Virus record (IMG/VR): IMGVR_UViG_3300006120_000020
DNA: 64,000 nucleotides
Direction: 5' to 3' (one strand)
Source of the DNA: an uncultured virus (IMG/VR IMGVR_UViG_3300006120_000020)
Taxonomy: Duplodnaviria; Heunggongvirae; Uroviricota; Caudoviricetes
Part shown: piece after piece, positions 9,159 to 19,285 of the stretch
Layout of the letters: the number at the start of each line of letters is the position of its first letter
Numbering within the stretch: the first letter of the stretch is position 1
The notes under the pieces: model-generated
What the model was told of the DNA's origin: nothing
Databases searched by the model: none
The model's input: the letters and a program-made list of their open reading frames with translations, nothing else
Program-made: the position numbers and the translations under genes

Positions 9159-9182
9159 GTGTTCTCCTTACAAACAGACTAG

Positions 9183-9234
9183 ATTATACACGGTTTGAGT
9201 ATAATGTCAATAGGTGTTGTTGTATCTACGCAAC
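9183..9234 (-). promoter_or_regulatory. early promoter with palindromic upstream site
   Basis: TTGACA..TATAAT; GTTGTATCTACGCAAC at 9219-9234. Confidence 0.75.
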
Positions 9235-9386
9235 GGTTTTTCTCTACGTGGTGGTGAAAAGTCCATTTCATCGTAATATCGATTTTTGCCACGTTTTACT
9301 TTTTTAGTTTTCTCACGGTGTAATTTTTCACCGTAGTCGAATTCGTCATAATCGTTAGACTTGCGACTGTCAAATTTTTTTGACAC
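9207..9386 (-). CDS. small charged hypothetical protein
   Basis: GTG start after AGGAG, open 59 codons. Confidence 0.45.
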   Translation of the reverse strand: MSKKFDSRKSNDYDEFDYGEKLHREKTKKVKRGKNRYYDEMDFSPPRREKPLRRYNNTY

Positions 9387-9770
9387 TTAATCTTCTCCTA
9401 ATTTTATTACCTCAAAATTTATGCCTCTGATATGACTCTCGGGCATAGATGCTATATCCTCTTCCGTTATAAATGTAATATGGGAATTTGGATACACAAT
9501 TTTTACAATCTTTAATAGTTGACAAGCTGAACCGTCATAGTCGTTAAATCTGAAAACTTCATCTACATACTTTATACTCTGAACAATATCAATTCTCGTG
9601 TCATGGTTTTGCATAAAACCATTATTGTTGTTGGTCATCCACAAATCTGAATAAACACCGACAACTAACCAATCACCCTTATCTTTGGCTTTACGTAGAA
9701 ATTGCAATTCATCACGATTTAAAGTATCAAATTTTCCACAAACAACTATTATTCGTTCTTTTTTGGTCAT
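9387..9770 (-). CDS. cytidylyltransferase-like protein lacking HxGH
   Basis: GKFD..KAKDKGDWLVVGVYSD..YVDEV fold signature. Confidence 0.7.
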   Translation of the reverse strand: MTKKERIIVVCGKFDTLNRDELQFLRKAKDKGDWLVVGVYSDLWMTNNNNGFMQNHDTRIDIVQSIKYVDEVFRFNDYDGSACQLLKIVKIVYPNSHITFITEEDIASMPESHIRGINFEVIKLGED

Positions 9771-10195
9771 TAGGGTAACATGTTAGGAAATGCTTCTTTA
9801 ACAAATTTATATGTTAGACCAGGTACATGTTGGTCTTTTTGAAAGATACCCATAACAACTTCAGCTTCTCTTGGTTCAAGAGATTCCAGCAATTGAATCA
9901 ATAATTCATTTCTCTTTCTATCACTCAACGCTTCAGCTGTACCATCTCCTTTACGGAACATGTACAGCTTACGCAATTCTGTAGATAACTGACAACGAGA
10001 GAAACCATTTGTATTTTCCCACTTAGGTGAATAGTTCTCTGGCATTTCAGTTACCAAAAATTGATAATCCGGATGGAATGTCAATAGTAATACGTCATGC
10101 AAGGCTTTTGACAAATTGTTTTGAATCACGGTCATACGTTCTTTTTTCGTATCGCAATTCTCAAATTCGTCCCAAATTTCATATATGTTTTTCAT
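9770..10195 (-). CDS. conserved T4-like hypothetical protein (DUF6433-like)
   Basis: KRNELLIQLLESLEPREAEV..VKEAFP; typical position downstream of rnh. Confidence 0.7.
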   Translation of the reverse strand: MKNIYEIWDEFENCDTKKERMTVIQNNLSKALHDVLLLTFHPDYQFLVTEMPENYSPKWENTNGFSRCQLSTELRKLYMFRKGDGTAEALSDRKRNELLIQLLESLEPREAEVVMGIFQKDQHVPGLTYKFVKEAFPNMLP

Positions 10196-11055
10196 CAGAA
10201 TTCCTCAATAACATCCATTAAGTTTTTTAGTTTTTTATCAATGAAATAATTAAGCATCTTAGTTCTAGATGCCGGCTTCATTTCCTCATAATTATTTATG
10301 ATTTTGTCTTTGATATCACCAGGAATGTGACTTAGATCAATCAGCACTTGGTTTCGTGTGAATCCAGCTTTTGCTGTTTCATCTTCCCAGTCACCGTAGT
10401 GTTTTTCCATGAGTTTATCCAATACACCTTTGGTGATTGCTTTTTGTCTCAAGTCACGAACAAAACAATCAGCTGGTGAAAACACGTTTGGAATACCATC
10501 GCCTTTATCACCACGAATGATTTTCTCTTTTAGTTCTTCCAGTGGTTTTTCCGAATGAATGTACTTCTTCATAGACGGATTGTATTGTTTCACATGGTAC
10601 TTAGAACGACCATTGTATTGTTGTAGTTGTAGGAAGTCACCATCACTTGATAGGATCAAAATATTCTCGTGCATGATATGACGAGGCACTAAAGTACCGA
10701 TAATGTCATCGGCCTCAGCTCCTTCAACGTCCACAACTTTGTATGGGAAATTTTCTTTTAGTTCTTGTTTGAATTTGGCAAGAAAGTCAAAGATCAAGTG
10801 CCAATCCAAATCGGATTTTTCACGTGCTTTGCGGCGACCAGCTTTGTAGAAAGGAAAGAATTCTTTACGCCAGTACTTACGGTTATCCGCACATAGGATA
10901 ACTTCACCGTATTCTTCTTTGAATTGTTTGATGTTGTAACGCAGCGTGTTGAGAATCATGTGACGTAGGAGGTCTTCCTCAATCTTCACGTGCTTTTTGT
11001 TGATTTGTGCCATTAGACCACCTAAGAGCACTTGGTTTAGATCAATAAGGATCAT
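10195..11055 (-). CDS. rnh: RNase H / 5'-3' exonuclease
   Basis: YWRK..YKAGR, EADD, SSDGDF, GDKGDGIPN. Confidence 0.95.
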   Translation of the reverse strand: MILIDLNQVLLGGLMAQINKKHVKIEEDLLRHMILNTLRYNIKQFKEEYGEVILCADNRKYWRKEFFPFYKAGRRKAREKSDLDWHLIFDFLAKFKQELKENFPYKVVDVEGAEADDIIGTLVPRHIMHENILILSSDGDFLQLQQYNGRSKYHVKQYNPSMKKYIHSEKPLEELKEKIIRGDKGDGIPNVFSPADCFVRDLRQKAITKGVLDKLMEKHYGDWEDETAKAGFTRNQVLIDLSHIPGDIKDKIINNYEEMKPASRTKMLNYFIDKKLKNLMDVIEEF

Positions 11056-11084
11056 GATAAACTTTCAAGTTTCAAAACTACATT

Positions 11085-11426
11085 CTACAATAATTCTTGT
11101 ATTTCGGCAACAGCTATGTCAACGTATTTGCCGGATTTTTCGGATTTTCTGATGACAACTCCATACCAACCCCAGCTCATTAGTTGTTTGATGTAGGTGA
11201 TAGGATGTGCAAGTATTGCCTCAAAGATATCTAAATCGGCAAATTTTTCCTCGTCTTCATCGTGGTCTCTTACGAGGACAATTTGGTACTTATGACCAAG
11301 TTCGCTACCTTCTTCATCGGCAAATTTACCCATCGTTTCATCGTCAAACTCCATGCATTTGAGTCTGCTTTTCGTTTCATCTTCTTCTGTTTGCCAAAAG
11401 CTATAGAAGTTGTAATTTTCCGACAT
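11085..11426 (-). CDS. acidic hypothetical protein
   Basis: ORF, AAGGA RBS. Confidence 0.65.
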   Translation of the reverse strand: MSENYNFYSFWQTEEDETKSRLKCMEFDDETMGKFADEEGSELGHKYQIVLVRDHDEDEEKFADLDIFEAILAHPITYIKQLMSWGWYGVVIRKSEKSGKYVDIAVAEIQELL

Positions 11427-11847
11427 GTAATCCTTTTATGTGTGTATCTCTTACTCTGCACATAATCCATGTGTTATAGTAATCATCACTCTCCAGAACA
11501 CCTCTTGCGAATTGTTCTTTAGCTTCAAGATAACCACATTCACCTTTAGACTTGCACAAATGTAGGATTTCCCTAACAAAATTGTCTTGTCCTAACATTG
11601 TAACATCTTTTTTCAAGGTGTCACTACTTCCATAATAAGTTTGCCAGTCTGACATGGCTTTAAAACGTTTCTTCTTACCTTTGACTTGTTTGGTTTTGGT
11701 GAAGTAAAATAATTTCTTCCCTATGTATTTCCTACCATTCGTCAGATTAGTTATCTGATACACGAACCCGTAATTATCACCAACCATGTCATCAGTAAAA
11801 TCTTCGAGATTATATTTCCAATTTGAACTCATCATTAATACTCCCAT
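11401..11847 (-). CDS. denA: GIY-YIG endonuclease (DenA/endonuclease II-like)
   Basis: GFVY..KYIGKK..YYGSS..YYN. Confidence 0.7.
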   Translation of the reverse strand: MGVLMMSSNWKYNLEDFTDDMVGDNYGFVYQITNLTNGRKYIGKKLFYFTKTKQVKGKKKRFKAMSDWQTYYGSSDTLKKDVTMLGQDNFVREILHLCKSKGECGYLEAKEQFARGVLESDDYYNTWIMCRVRDTHIKGLHVGKLQLL

Positions 11848-11872
11848 TCATGGAAGTATTTAGATAATTGAA

Positions 11873-12061
11873 TTACCAATCAGTTGAATCTAGATTCTCA
11901 TCGTCTTCGTCATCGATTTGATGTTCTTCAAATTCTTCAATGGTCTCACCACAGAATGGACAACATTCAGGGAATTCTTGTGAAACAAATTCTTCTACGT
12001 AAGCAACCGTAAAACTTGAATCACAAGCTGCACACTCTGCCGTTATTTGTTTTTCGTTCAT
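11873..12061 (-). CDS. Zn-ribbon protein
   Basis: CAAC..CPFCG with acidic tail. Confidence 0.7.
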   Translation of the reverse strand: MNEKQITAECAACDSSFTVAYVEEFVSQEFPECCPFCGETIEEFEEHQIDDEDDENLDSTDW

Positions 12062-12082
12062 GATAGTTCTTTCTTATTGTTA

Positions 12083-13069
12083 TTAGTGAGCCCAAACGTC
12101 ACTCCAATCTCCCGTCACAGCACCCTTTGCATAGTCTGTTGCACGATTTTCAAAGAAGTTGGTATGCGTTGGTGCATTAATCATTTCTTCGACCCATGGT
12201 AGTGGATTACGTTTAACTTTGAAGATACCTTTCATGCCAAGACCAATCAATCTACGGTCAGCAATGTAACGAATATACTTCTTAACATCTTCTTTGGTTA
12301 GACCTTCCATTTGATTCACATCAAAAGCCAAGTTGATAAATTTGTCTTCAAGTGCAACCATCTTTTCAGCGATTGTGTAGATACTTGATTTCAGTTCATC
12401 GTTCCAAATCTCGGTGTTTTCGTTTATATATGTTTTGAACAATTTCATCATATTCTCAGCGTGCATCGTTTCATCAACGATAGACCAAGTAACGATTTGA
12501 CCCATACCTTTCATTTTACCGTGGCGTGGGAAGTTCAACAACATAATAAATGATGAGAACAACTGCATACCTTCAGTAAATGCGGAGAACACAGCAATGT
12601 GACGAGCTGTATTTTCTTTTGTGTTATTTTGACTTGCAATATCCAACACATAGTCGTGTTTGTCTTTCATTTCTTGATATTCCAAGAATTCACTATATGT
12701 GGTTTCTGGTAGACCAAGAGTTTCAATCAAGTGTGAGTATGCAGCAATGTGTAGAGCTTCACGTGCAGCAAAACCCATCAACATCATACGAATTTCTGGT
12801 TGTGGGAAATATGGTAGATAGTTGTTTACATAACCACCCGCAACGTCAATGTCACCTTGAGTAAAAAAACGGAAGATATGTGTAAGGAAAGTCTTTTCGT
12901 CTTTTGTAAGTTTCTTTTTCCAGTCTTTCACATCTTCAAGCATTGGCACTTCAGTATGAAGCCAATGTGATTGTTCATGTTTCAACCATGCATCATATGC
13001 CCACGGATAGTTGAAAGGTTTAAAGTTACTACGTTGATCCGTAATTTTGAAATTTGTCTTTTTAATCAT
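12083..13069 (-). CDS. nrdB: ribonucleotide reductase class Ia beta subunit
   Basis: REALH, EGMQLFSSF, DETMH, NFFE. Confidence 0.97.
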   Translation of the reverse strand: MIKKTNFKITDQRSNFKPFNYPWAYDAWLKHEQSHWLHTEVPMLEDVKDWKKKLTKDEKTFLTHIFRFFTQGDIDVAGGYVNNYLPYFPQPEIRMMLMGFAAREALHIAAYSHLIETLGLPETTYSEFLEYQEMKDKHDYVLDIASQNNTKENTARHIAVFSAFTEGMQLFSSFIMLLNFPRHGKMKGMGQIVTWSIVDETMHAENMMKLFKTYINENTEIWNDELKSSIYTIAEKMVALEDKFINLAFDVNQMEGLTKEDVKKYIRYIADRRLIGLGMKGIFKVKRNPLPWVEEMINAPTHTNFFENRATDYAKGAVTGDWSDVWAH

Positions 13070-13307
13070 TTAACCAGTCCTCTAGTTTTTTTAATGGCTG
13101 CATACCAACGAGTCTTTTTACTTCAACGTTTTCATCCAGCATTACAAGAGTTGGTACACTACGAATACCGAATTCGGCTGCGATATCAATCTCATCATCA
13201 ATATCAATAACCTCAATCGGCAGGTTTGTTTTTACACTCTCTAAATTTTTTGATAACATTGCACATGGTCCACACCATGATGCAGTAAATCTTAATACTT
13301 TTCTCAT
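13062..13307 (-). CDS. trxA: thioredoxin
   Basis: WCGPC, IRSVPT. Confidence 0.9.
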   Translation of the reverse strand: MRKVLRFTASWCGPCAMLSKNLESVKTNLPIEVIDIDDEIDIAAEFGIRSVPTLVMLDENVEVKRLVGMQPLKKLEDWLND

Positions 13308-13420
13308 TTTTCTTCCTTTATTTCTATTGGTGGAGGAAAGTAAGGCTCAATCACATAATGATTTGCACCCCACCATCCTAATGCACTAAAAAATCCTATT
13401 AATGTCCACTCTATAATCAT
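13304..13420 (-). CDS. small membrane protein (38 aa)
   Basis: MIIEWTLIGFFSALGWW..; overlaps neighbours by ATGA. Confidence 0.5.
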   Translation of the reverse strand: MIIEWTLIGFFSALGWWGANHYVIEPYFPPPIEIKEEK

Positions 13421-14049
13421 TTCATAATCTCGTCAACAAATTCTAACAACAAATTGTGTTTGCTTTCATATTTACCTTTTAACCAAGTATATTCATCATA
13501 CCAATACTCAGTCGCTTCAGGGTGACAACCTATTATACCAATGTTGTTTTGTATAATAGCCATTGGATCACCGTTCATGTATCTTGCGTATGTTTCAAAA
13601 TTTCTTTCATTTCCTGTAACTGCAAATCCATCGTAAAAGAACATTCTTTCCCGTTTACCGTTCCAGTCAACTTCCAAGTTTTTGGCATGGGGTCTTCTTG
13701 TATCTGTTTCCGGCCTTTTGATATATTGACACACATCCACACCAGAAAGAATGTCGAAATAATCAGAGGCTGCCCAATACCCACCCATGCAGATTCCGAT
13801 ATACACCCCACCTCGTTGCACGAAGGTTCGGACAGAATCAACATTATTCCTAAGAAGAAAGTCCCAGCTGTCAGAACTGCCGAAACCGCCACCGAAGCAT
13901 ACAGCATCCACTTTTTCAAAGAATCCATCTTCTACCTCATGTTTTGAAAATAATCTAAAATTATACTTTGGTGATAAAGCTTGAATTATACCATTGCACG
14001 ATTGTGTAGAAACGTAAGGAGGTCCTACAAATAGAGCAATGGTTTTCAT
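13417..14049 (-). CDS. biotin-protein-ligase N-terminal (class I glutamine amidotransferase-like) domain protein
   Basis: FGGG, YIGICMGGY, GCHPE triad. Confidence 0.75.
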   Translation of the reverse strand: MKTIALFVGPPYVSTQSCNGIIQALSPKYNFRLFSKHEVEDGFFEKVDAVCFGGGFGSSDSWDFLLRNNVDSVRTFVQRGGVYIGICMGGYWAASDYFDILSGVDVCQYIKRPETDTRRPHAKNLEVDWNGKRERMFFYDGFAVTGNERNFETYARYMNGDPMAIIQNNIGIIGCHPEATEYWYDEYTWLKGKYESKHNLLLEFVDEIMK

Positions 14050-15839
14050 TATCCCTCACATGCAATACAGTCGTTACCTTGTGCAATTTGGGTCATATCT
14101 AGTTCTTTGATTACTTCACGTTCAATACGTTTAGATACTTTATCTGCCTTAGCAAGTTTCTCACTACGGCAATAGTACATCGTCTTCAATCCTTTTTTCC
14201 ATGCCATAAAATGAATCGCATGAATGTATTTGATATTTGCATCCGGACGGAAGAATACGTTTAGTGATTGTGCTTGGTCGATGTGTTGTTGACGATCAGC
14301 TGCCAAGTCAATTACCCAACGTTGGTCAATCTCCATAGATGTTTTGAATACTGACTTTTGTTCTTCATTCAAAATATCCAAGTGTTGGCATGAACCATCA
14401 TTAGCAATGATAGAAGACCAAACATCATTATACTGTTCTTCTGTTTGCGTCAAACCTTTGATGATTTTATCCAAATACTTGTTCTTGTTCAAAAATGAGC
14501 CAGATAAAGTGTCCTGACGGTATGCGTTAGCACGCCAAGGCTCAATACTAGGGCTAGTATTTCCCAAGATGATAGACGAAGAAGCATTTGGAGCAATAGC
14601 CATAATATGACTGAAACGGAAACCAGTACCCTTAGCATCGGGTGCTTCACCACGTTCTTTACCAAGTTGAAGATTTGCATCATCTAATCCTTTTCTAATA
14701 GTTTTGAAGATGTTATTATTGATCGACTTTGCAACTACAGATTCGAAGGCCACATTTTTTCGCTGAAGATAAGCATGGAAACCCAAAGCACCAACGCCAA
14801 TAGAACGTTCACGGCTAGCAGAATACTTGGCACGAGCAATAGAGTCAGGTGCATTATCAATAAAATATTGCAACACGTTATCAAGCATTTCTGCCACGTC
14901 CCGTAGAAAAAGTTTATTATTTTTCCACTCATCATAAGTCTCCAAGTTTAATGAAGAAAGGCAGCAAACAGCTGTACGTCTTTCATCTGTAGGCAAAATA
15001 ATTTCTGAACAAAGATTTGATTGGTGTACTTTCAAGCCTTTGTCTTTTAGGAATTTTGGTAGATGACGATTGCTTGTATCGATAAAGTGCAAGTATGGTT
15101 CACCTGTATGCATACGCAACTCTAGAATCTGTTGCCACAAACTTCTAGCAGAGACCACTTCTCTTACTTCTCCTGACTTTGGATCAACCAATGGCCAATC
15201 GTCATTTGCATCCTTGTCTAACATGGATGTTTCGATGATACGCATGAAGTCATCAGTAATGTTAATACCGTGATGTAGATTTAAACAACGGACATTAGGA
15301 TCACCCGTTGGTTTACGCATTTCTAGGAATGGAATAATATCAGGATGGCTAATGTCAAGATAAGCAGCATAACTGCCCCTACGAGTACGGCCTTGGCGAT
15401 AAGCCAAGCTAGATGCATCGTAAATCTTGAGGTGCGGCATAACGCCAGTAGATTTGTCGTCCGCTGAACGTATACCAAACCCAATCCCAACACCGCCACC
15501 AAACATACTAAGCCAATTAGTTTCTGAAAGATTATCAACTAGACCCTCCGCAGTATCTTCAATGTAATTAAGGAAACAAGAAATTGGCATACCTCTCTTA
15601 CTACGACCGAAAGAAAGTATAGGAGTAGAATAAGAAAGCCAATGTTTACTTGCGTAGTCGTATAGTCGCTGTGCATGTTCTGTATTTGTACCAAACGCTT
15701 TCGATACGTAAGCGAATCTGTGTTGTGGTGATTCTTCATCTTCACGCATGTAGGACTCTTTGAGTCTTTTAATTCCGAGTTCATCAAATAATCCATCTCT
15801 TTCTAAATCTATTCTTATACCGAGATATTCCATATACAT
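14049..15839 (-). CDS. nrdA: ribonucleotide reductase class Ia alpha subunit
   Basis: ISCF, QSNLCSEI, APNASSS, YYCR, C-terminal CIAC. Confidence 0.97.
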   Translation of the reverse strand: MYMEYLGIRIDLERDGLFDELGIKRLKESYMREDEESPQHRFAYVSKAFGTNTEHAQRLYDYASKHWLSYSTPILSFGRSKRGMPISCFLNYIEDTAEGLVDNLSETNWLSMFGGGVGIGFGIRSADDKSTGVMPHLKIYDASSLAYRQGRTRRGSYAAYLDISHPDIIPFLEMRKPTGDPNVRCLNLHHGINITDDFMRIIETSMLDKDANDDWPLVDPKSGEVREVVSARSLWQQILELRMHTGEPYLHFIDTSNRHLPKFLKDKGLKVHQSNLCSEIILPTDERRTAVCCLSSLNLETYDEWKNNKLFLRDVAEMLDNVLQYFIDNAPDSIARAKYSASRERSIGVGALGFHAYLQRKNVAFESVVAKSINNNIFKTIRKGLDDANLQLGKERGEAPDAKGTGFRFSHIMAIAPNASSSIILGNTSPSIEPWRANAYRQDTLSGSFLNKNKYLDKIIKGLTQTEEQYNDVWSSIIANDGSCQHLDILNEEQKSVFKTSMEIDQRWVIDLAADRQQHIDQAQSLNVFFRPDANIKYIHAIHFMAWKKGLKTMYYCRSEKLAKADKVSKRIEREVIKELDMTQIAQGNDCIACEG

Positions 15840-15847
15840 CCTTATTA

Positions 15848-16195
15848 TTATTTTACAAATGGTGTCAGGTTAGGTGGTGTCCACCCTTCTGGCTTCATCA
15901 CCTTACCATCTTCTCTTTTAATTACTTTACCCGTTTCAGGATTAATCTTTGCTAAGTTAGAACGTGCAACTTCATTCCATGCACCACTAACATCGTAACC
16001 CTTCATATAACAGAAACCAAGAATAACCCAGATCATGTCCATACATGCATCTAGTTGTTCTACTTCATCTTTTTTGTTGAGTGCAACAATAAACTCGTTA
16101 AATTCTTCTGCAATTAAATTGCGATAGAGTGAAGCGTTAGGTACAGATTTCTCTTGGTCACAGGCTTCAATAAATTTTACTACATCATTATACAT
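15848..16195 (-). CDS. NTP pyrophosphohydrolase (MazG/PRA-PH-like)
   Basis: EEFNE..LDACMD..SNLAK..REDGKVMKP. Confidence 0.85.
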   Translation of the reverse strand: MYNDVVKFIEACDQEKSVPNASLYRNLIAEEFNEFIVALNKKDEVEQLDACMDMIWVILGFCYMKGYDVSGAWNEVARSNLAKINPETGKVIKREDGKVMKPEGWTPPNLTPFVK

Positions 16196-16835
16196 TCACG
16201 AATTCCTTAATCATTGGAAAAATAGGTTCAATTGCATCAGCACAAGCCAATGCTATTTCTTGATGTTCTTTTTGAGTTCCGTTTGCTGATCGGAGTTGTA
16301 TGTAGTGTACCCAAGAACGTAGTGTTCCGTTCATGTACATTCTACTTTTTGTCATGCCTTCTGGTAGAACCGCACGTGCTTGTTCTTTAGCAATACCGTT
16401 ATCAAGTGCCCATTGATAAGCTTCTCTTGTTGCTTTGATAATACGTTGTTGATGGTTTTCCCAGTAACCACTCAATTCGGGATTATCAGTTTCAATACTG
16501 TTTTGACGGTTTTTCAAATCTTGCAAACGAGCTTCCCGTGTTTCAAAACCAAGTTGTGATGCATCAGCATAACGTTGACTGAATTCTTGGAAGGAGAAGG
16601 AACGGTGACGTAGAATCTGTCTTGCGATATCTCTAGTCGTATTGATTTCTAAACACACGGAAACCATCTCCAATGGACTCCAGTGTTGGTGATTGATAAG
16701 ATAACGAACCAACTTTTCAGAGGTCGCATCGTTATTTTGGTTTGCGGGGTTAGATACACGAGCTGCATATGCAACTTGATCCAGCAAATTCTTTCCATCT
16801 ACTCCTTGTGAGTAGGACACTAATTTCACTTCCAT
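16188..16835 (-). CDS. thyX: FAD-dependent thymidylate synthase
   Basis: RHRSFSFQEFSQRY. Confidence 0.97.
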   Translation of the reverse strand: MEVKLVSYSQGVDGKNLLDQVAYAARVSNPANQNNDATSEKLVRYLINHQHWSPLEMVSVCLEINTTRDIARQILRHRSFSFQEFSQRYADASQLGFETREARLQDLKNRQNSIETDNPELSGYWENHQQRIIKATREAYQWALDNGIAKEQARAVLPEGMTKSRMYMNGTLRSWVHYIQLRSANGTQKEHQEIALACADAIEPIFPMIKEFVNV

Positions 16836-16836
16836 T

Positions 16837-17859
16837 TTATACTTTCTTCCAATTAATAAATTCCATTTTCGCTCTAAGATTTACATGTGTATGTTTATCT
16901 ATGATGAAGCGAATTTCTTCAGGTGAAAAGCCATCTAGTATCATATCATTAATATCTTTTTTGTCAATCATATCCGGCCAAATTACCACACGGTAATGAT
17001 CGTCAATTGCTTTTTCAATGATTTTACAGATATCTTTGTTGCGAGGTTCATTATCGAACACGAGTACCACATTCGACTTATCCAGTAATCTGGTAATACT
17101 GGTAAGATTCGAATCGGCAGTTGCCACACAGTTTGGTAGAAACAGGCTGTCAATAGGACCTTCCACAACATAAATCGTTTCGTCCATGTTGATCCTATCA
17201 AGACCGAACACTTTGGCATTATCATCATCAAGTTTTACGGTGATGTAACGAATCTTTGAATCAGTTAATGACCGACCTTGAATAGCCACAAGATTCTTAT
17301 CAAAATCATAAAATGGAATGACCAGTCTTTTGTCATCGTCAATCAAACCATCTTTTTCGACATTCAAACTTTCCACAAACTTCTTAAAGTCTGGTGCATA
17401 ATACAAATCATTCCAGTGTTCTTTGGGAATCTCCCGTGACTTGATATACTCTTTTGCAAAGTGTGTATTTGGTAACTCCGCAATCGTTGTCAACTCAATT
17501 TTAGTTTTGAATTTTGGTTTTTCTGTTTTGAATTCGTCAAAGTCTGGTGTCTTAGTATTAGATGTGCCACGGCCATTCACAGAACCGACTTTATATCGTT
17601 CTAGTGCATATTCTTTGATGAGGAGAGGGTCTACTTTGTTGAGAAAGTTGTAGAACGACATTGATGCACCACAATTATGGCACATATAAAAATAGTCATT
17701 CTTTTTCTTGTAGATATACCCACGGGACTTCAGTTTATGTTTTTGTGAGTCACCGCAAAGAGGACACCTGAAGTTATACAGGTCCTCTTTCTTTTGGGTA
17801 AAGAGTTTTAGCTTCGGAGATACCCGAAGTAAAAAAGATCGATCAATAAAAACACTCAT
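16837..17859 (-). CDS. gp61: DNA primase (gp61)
   Basis: FRCPLCGDS..CHNC zinc finger, VEGPIDS, FDNE. Confidence 0.95.
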   Translation of the reverse strand: MSVFIDRSFLLRVSPKLKLFTQKKEDLYNFRCPLCGDSQKHKLKSRGYIYKKKNDYFYMCHNCGASMSFYNFLNKVDPLLIKEYALERYKVGSVNGRGTSNTKTPDFDEFKTEKPKFKTKIELTTIAELPNTHFAKEYIKSREIPKEHWNDLYYAPDFKKFVESLNVEKDGLIDDDKRLVIPFYDFDKNLVAIQGRSLTDSKIRYITVKLDDDNAKVFGLDRINMDETIYVVEGPIDSLFLPNCVATADSNLTSITRLLDKSNVVLVFDNEPRNKDICKIIEKAIDDHYRVVIWPDMIDKKDINDMILDGFSPEEIRFIIDKHTHVNLRAKMEFINWKKV

Positions 17860-17874
17860 AACGAAAAAAGAAAA

Positions 17875-18306
17875 TTAGTTCAACATTTTCTCTATTATAC
17901 TAAAATGTATGTGTGAAAGCAACCATGTAATTACAATTATGCCACCGGCAGCCATCCACTTCCATTGTAGGATTTTTGCCAACTCGGAATCTTCTTTCTC
18001 GTTGTGCTTGGCAATATCGTTACGCAACAACTTTATCTCGTCCATCAGCTTCTTTTCGGTTGCTTCCAGTTTATCTGATAGGTTTCTATCAACTGTGGTG
18101 ATACGAGAATGTAGTTCTTTTATGTCAGTTGTGGTATCTTGTTTTCTGCGGTCCATATCGTCATATATTTGATTGACCATACGGTCGTGGTTATCCACAA
18201 GTTTATCGATTACTTTGTCCATTTTGTCGCAAAGTGTAGTAATATTGGCAACCTGTGTTTGTAGTTTACCAACATCAACTTTAACATCGATACATTCGTC
18301 TGACAT
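17875..18306 (-). CDS. coiled-coil protein with C-terminal TM
   Basis: heptad pattern followed by WKWMAAGGIIVITW. Confidence 0.7.
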   Translation of the reverse strand: MSDECIDVKVDVGKLQTQVANITTLCDKMDKVIDKLVDNHDRMVNQIYDDMDRRKQDTTTDIKELHSRITTVDRNLSDKLEATEKKLMDEIKLLRNDIAKHNEKEDSELAKILQWKWMAAGGIIVITWLLSHIHFSIIEKMLN

Positions 18307-18494
18307 TACTTTTTGTCTTCTACTTCTAGTTTTTTGTGTACTTTGATAGTCTTGCATGTTTGTTGTGGTTTGCCGTCTTTGCCGACAAGTGCCTTACCGT
18401 CTTTACCGGTCTTATCGACACAAACTTGTTTTTCTTCAGCTGCAAAAACGGTTGTTACAGCTAGCAATGCTATCAATGCGATAATCTTTTTCAT
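18306..18494 (-). CDS. small secreted protein
   Basis: signal peptide MKKIIALIALLAVTTVFAA. Confidence 0.7.
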   Translation of the reverse strand: MKKIIALIALLAVTTVFAAEEKQVCVDKTGKDGKALVGKDGKPQQTCKTIKVHKKLEVEDKK

Positions 18495-18560
18495 TTTGGG
18501 TCCTTTAGTCAGTTGACAGCACCGGAATCCATGCAAGATTCGTACCCGATGCTAGTCTTA

Positions 18561-18568
18561 TATTTATA
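18561..18568 (-). promoter_or_regulatory. T4-type late promoter TATAAATA
   Basis: exact TATAAATA on minus strand upstream of the 18494 gene. Confidence 0.6.
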
Positions 18569-19019
18569 AAACTGGAAATGGTGGTTGAACTGGTGCTGGT
18601 TTGCCACCAATTGTTGTTACTGATGGTGTGAACATCGGTGCTGACGGTGCAGGTGGTGCAGTCGTAGACATGGTACTTGTCATACCACCAACAGACATGG
18701 TTGTTGTCGTTGTTTGTGGTACTCTTTCCCATCCTTTGTTTGCAGCTTGCAATGCAGCTCTTTGTGCATCTTTATCGTTGCCTGCCAACATGATACCAGA
18801 CAATGTACCTGTCAAGAATGTTGCAATAGGAATAATCAACTCAAAAAACTTTTGGTCAATCGGAGAAATTGCGTTCAACGGTTGAGTTACAAAGATAAGT
18901 GAGAATAATACTACAAATACGATTCCTGTCAAGGTCAAAGCAAGACAAATACCGATAAAAAATTTCAGACGAGCCATCAACTGCTCTTCTGTGTACATGA
19001 AAGGTGTGTTATTTTCCAT
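18564..19019 (-). CDS. two-TM membrane protein (holin candidate)
   Basis: two TMs; located downstream of the endolysin. Confidence 0.65.
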   Translation of the reverse strand: MENNTPFMYTEEQLMARLKFFIGICLALTLTGIVFVVLFSLIFVTQPLNAISPIDQKFFELIIPIATFLTGTLSGIMLAGNDKDAQRAALQAANKGWERVPQTTTTTMSVGGMTSTMSTTAPPAPSAPMFTPSVTTIGGKPAPVQPPFPVL

Positions 19020-19284
19020 TACAGTTGGCTCCTTGTGCAGTAGGCGTTGGAGTAATACTTTGAGTTGTTCCATTTGGCGGTCCTAATCTTGGGTCACGTT
19101 GTCCTTTGAAGATGTGTTCAGGACATGTTCTAGTCACATCACATGTGGGTGCTTTACACATATCTTTGTCCCAGTTAGCTGGGTCTTGACATGGATATCT
19201 GAATCTGTCACCACTACACATTGCCAAAATTACAGGCAATATCAATAGTAACAAGAAAAACTTTACTAACTTGTGGTCGTCCAT
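19009..19284 (-). CDS. membrane-anchored Cys-rich protein
   Basis: N-terminal TM, DRFRYPCQDPANW..C..C..C. Confidence 0.65.
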   Translation of the reverse strand: MDDHKLVKFFLLLLILPVILAMCSGDRFRYPCQDPANWDKDMCKAPTCDVTRTCPEHIFKGQRDPRLGPPNGTTQSITPTPTAQGANCNGK

Positions 19285-19285
19285 T

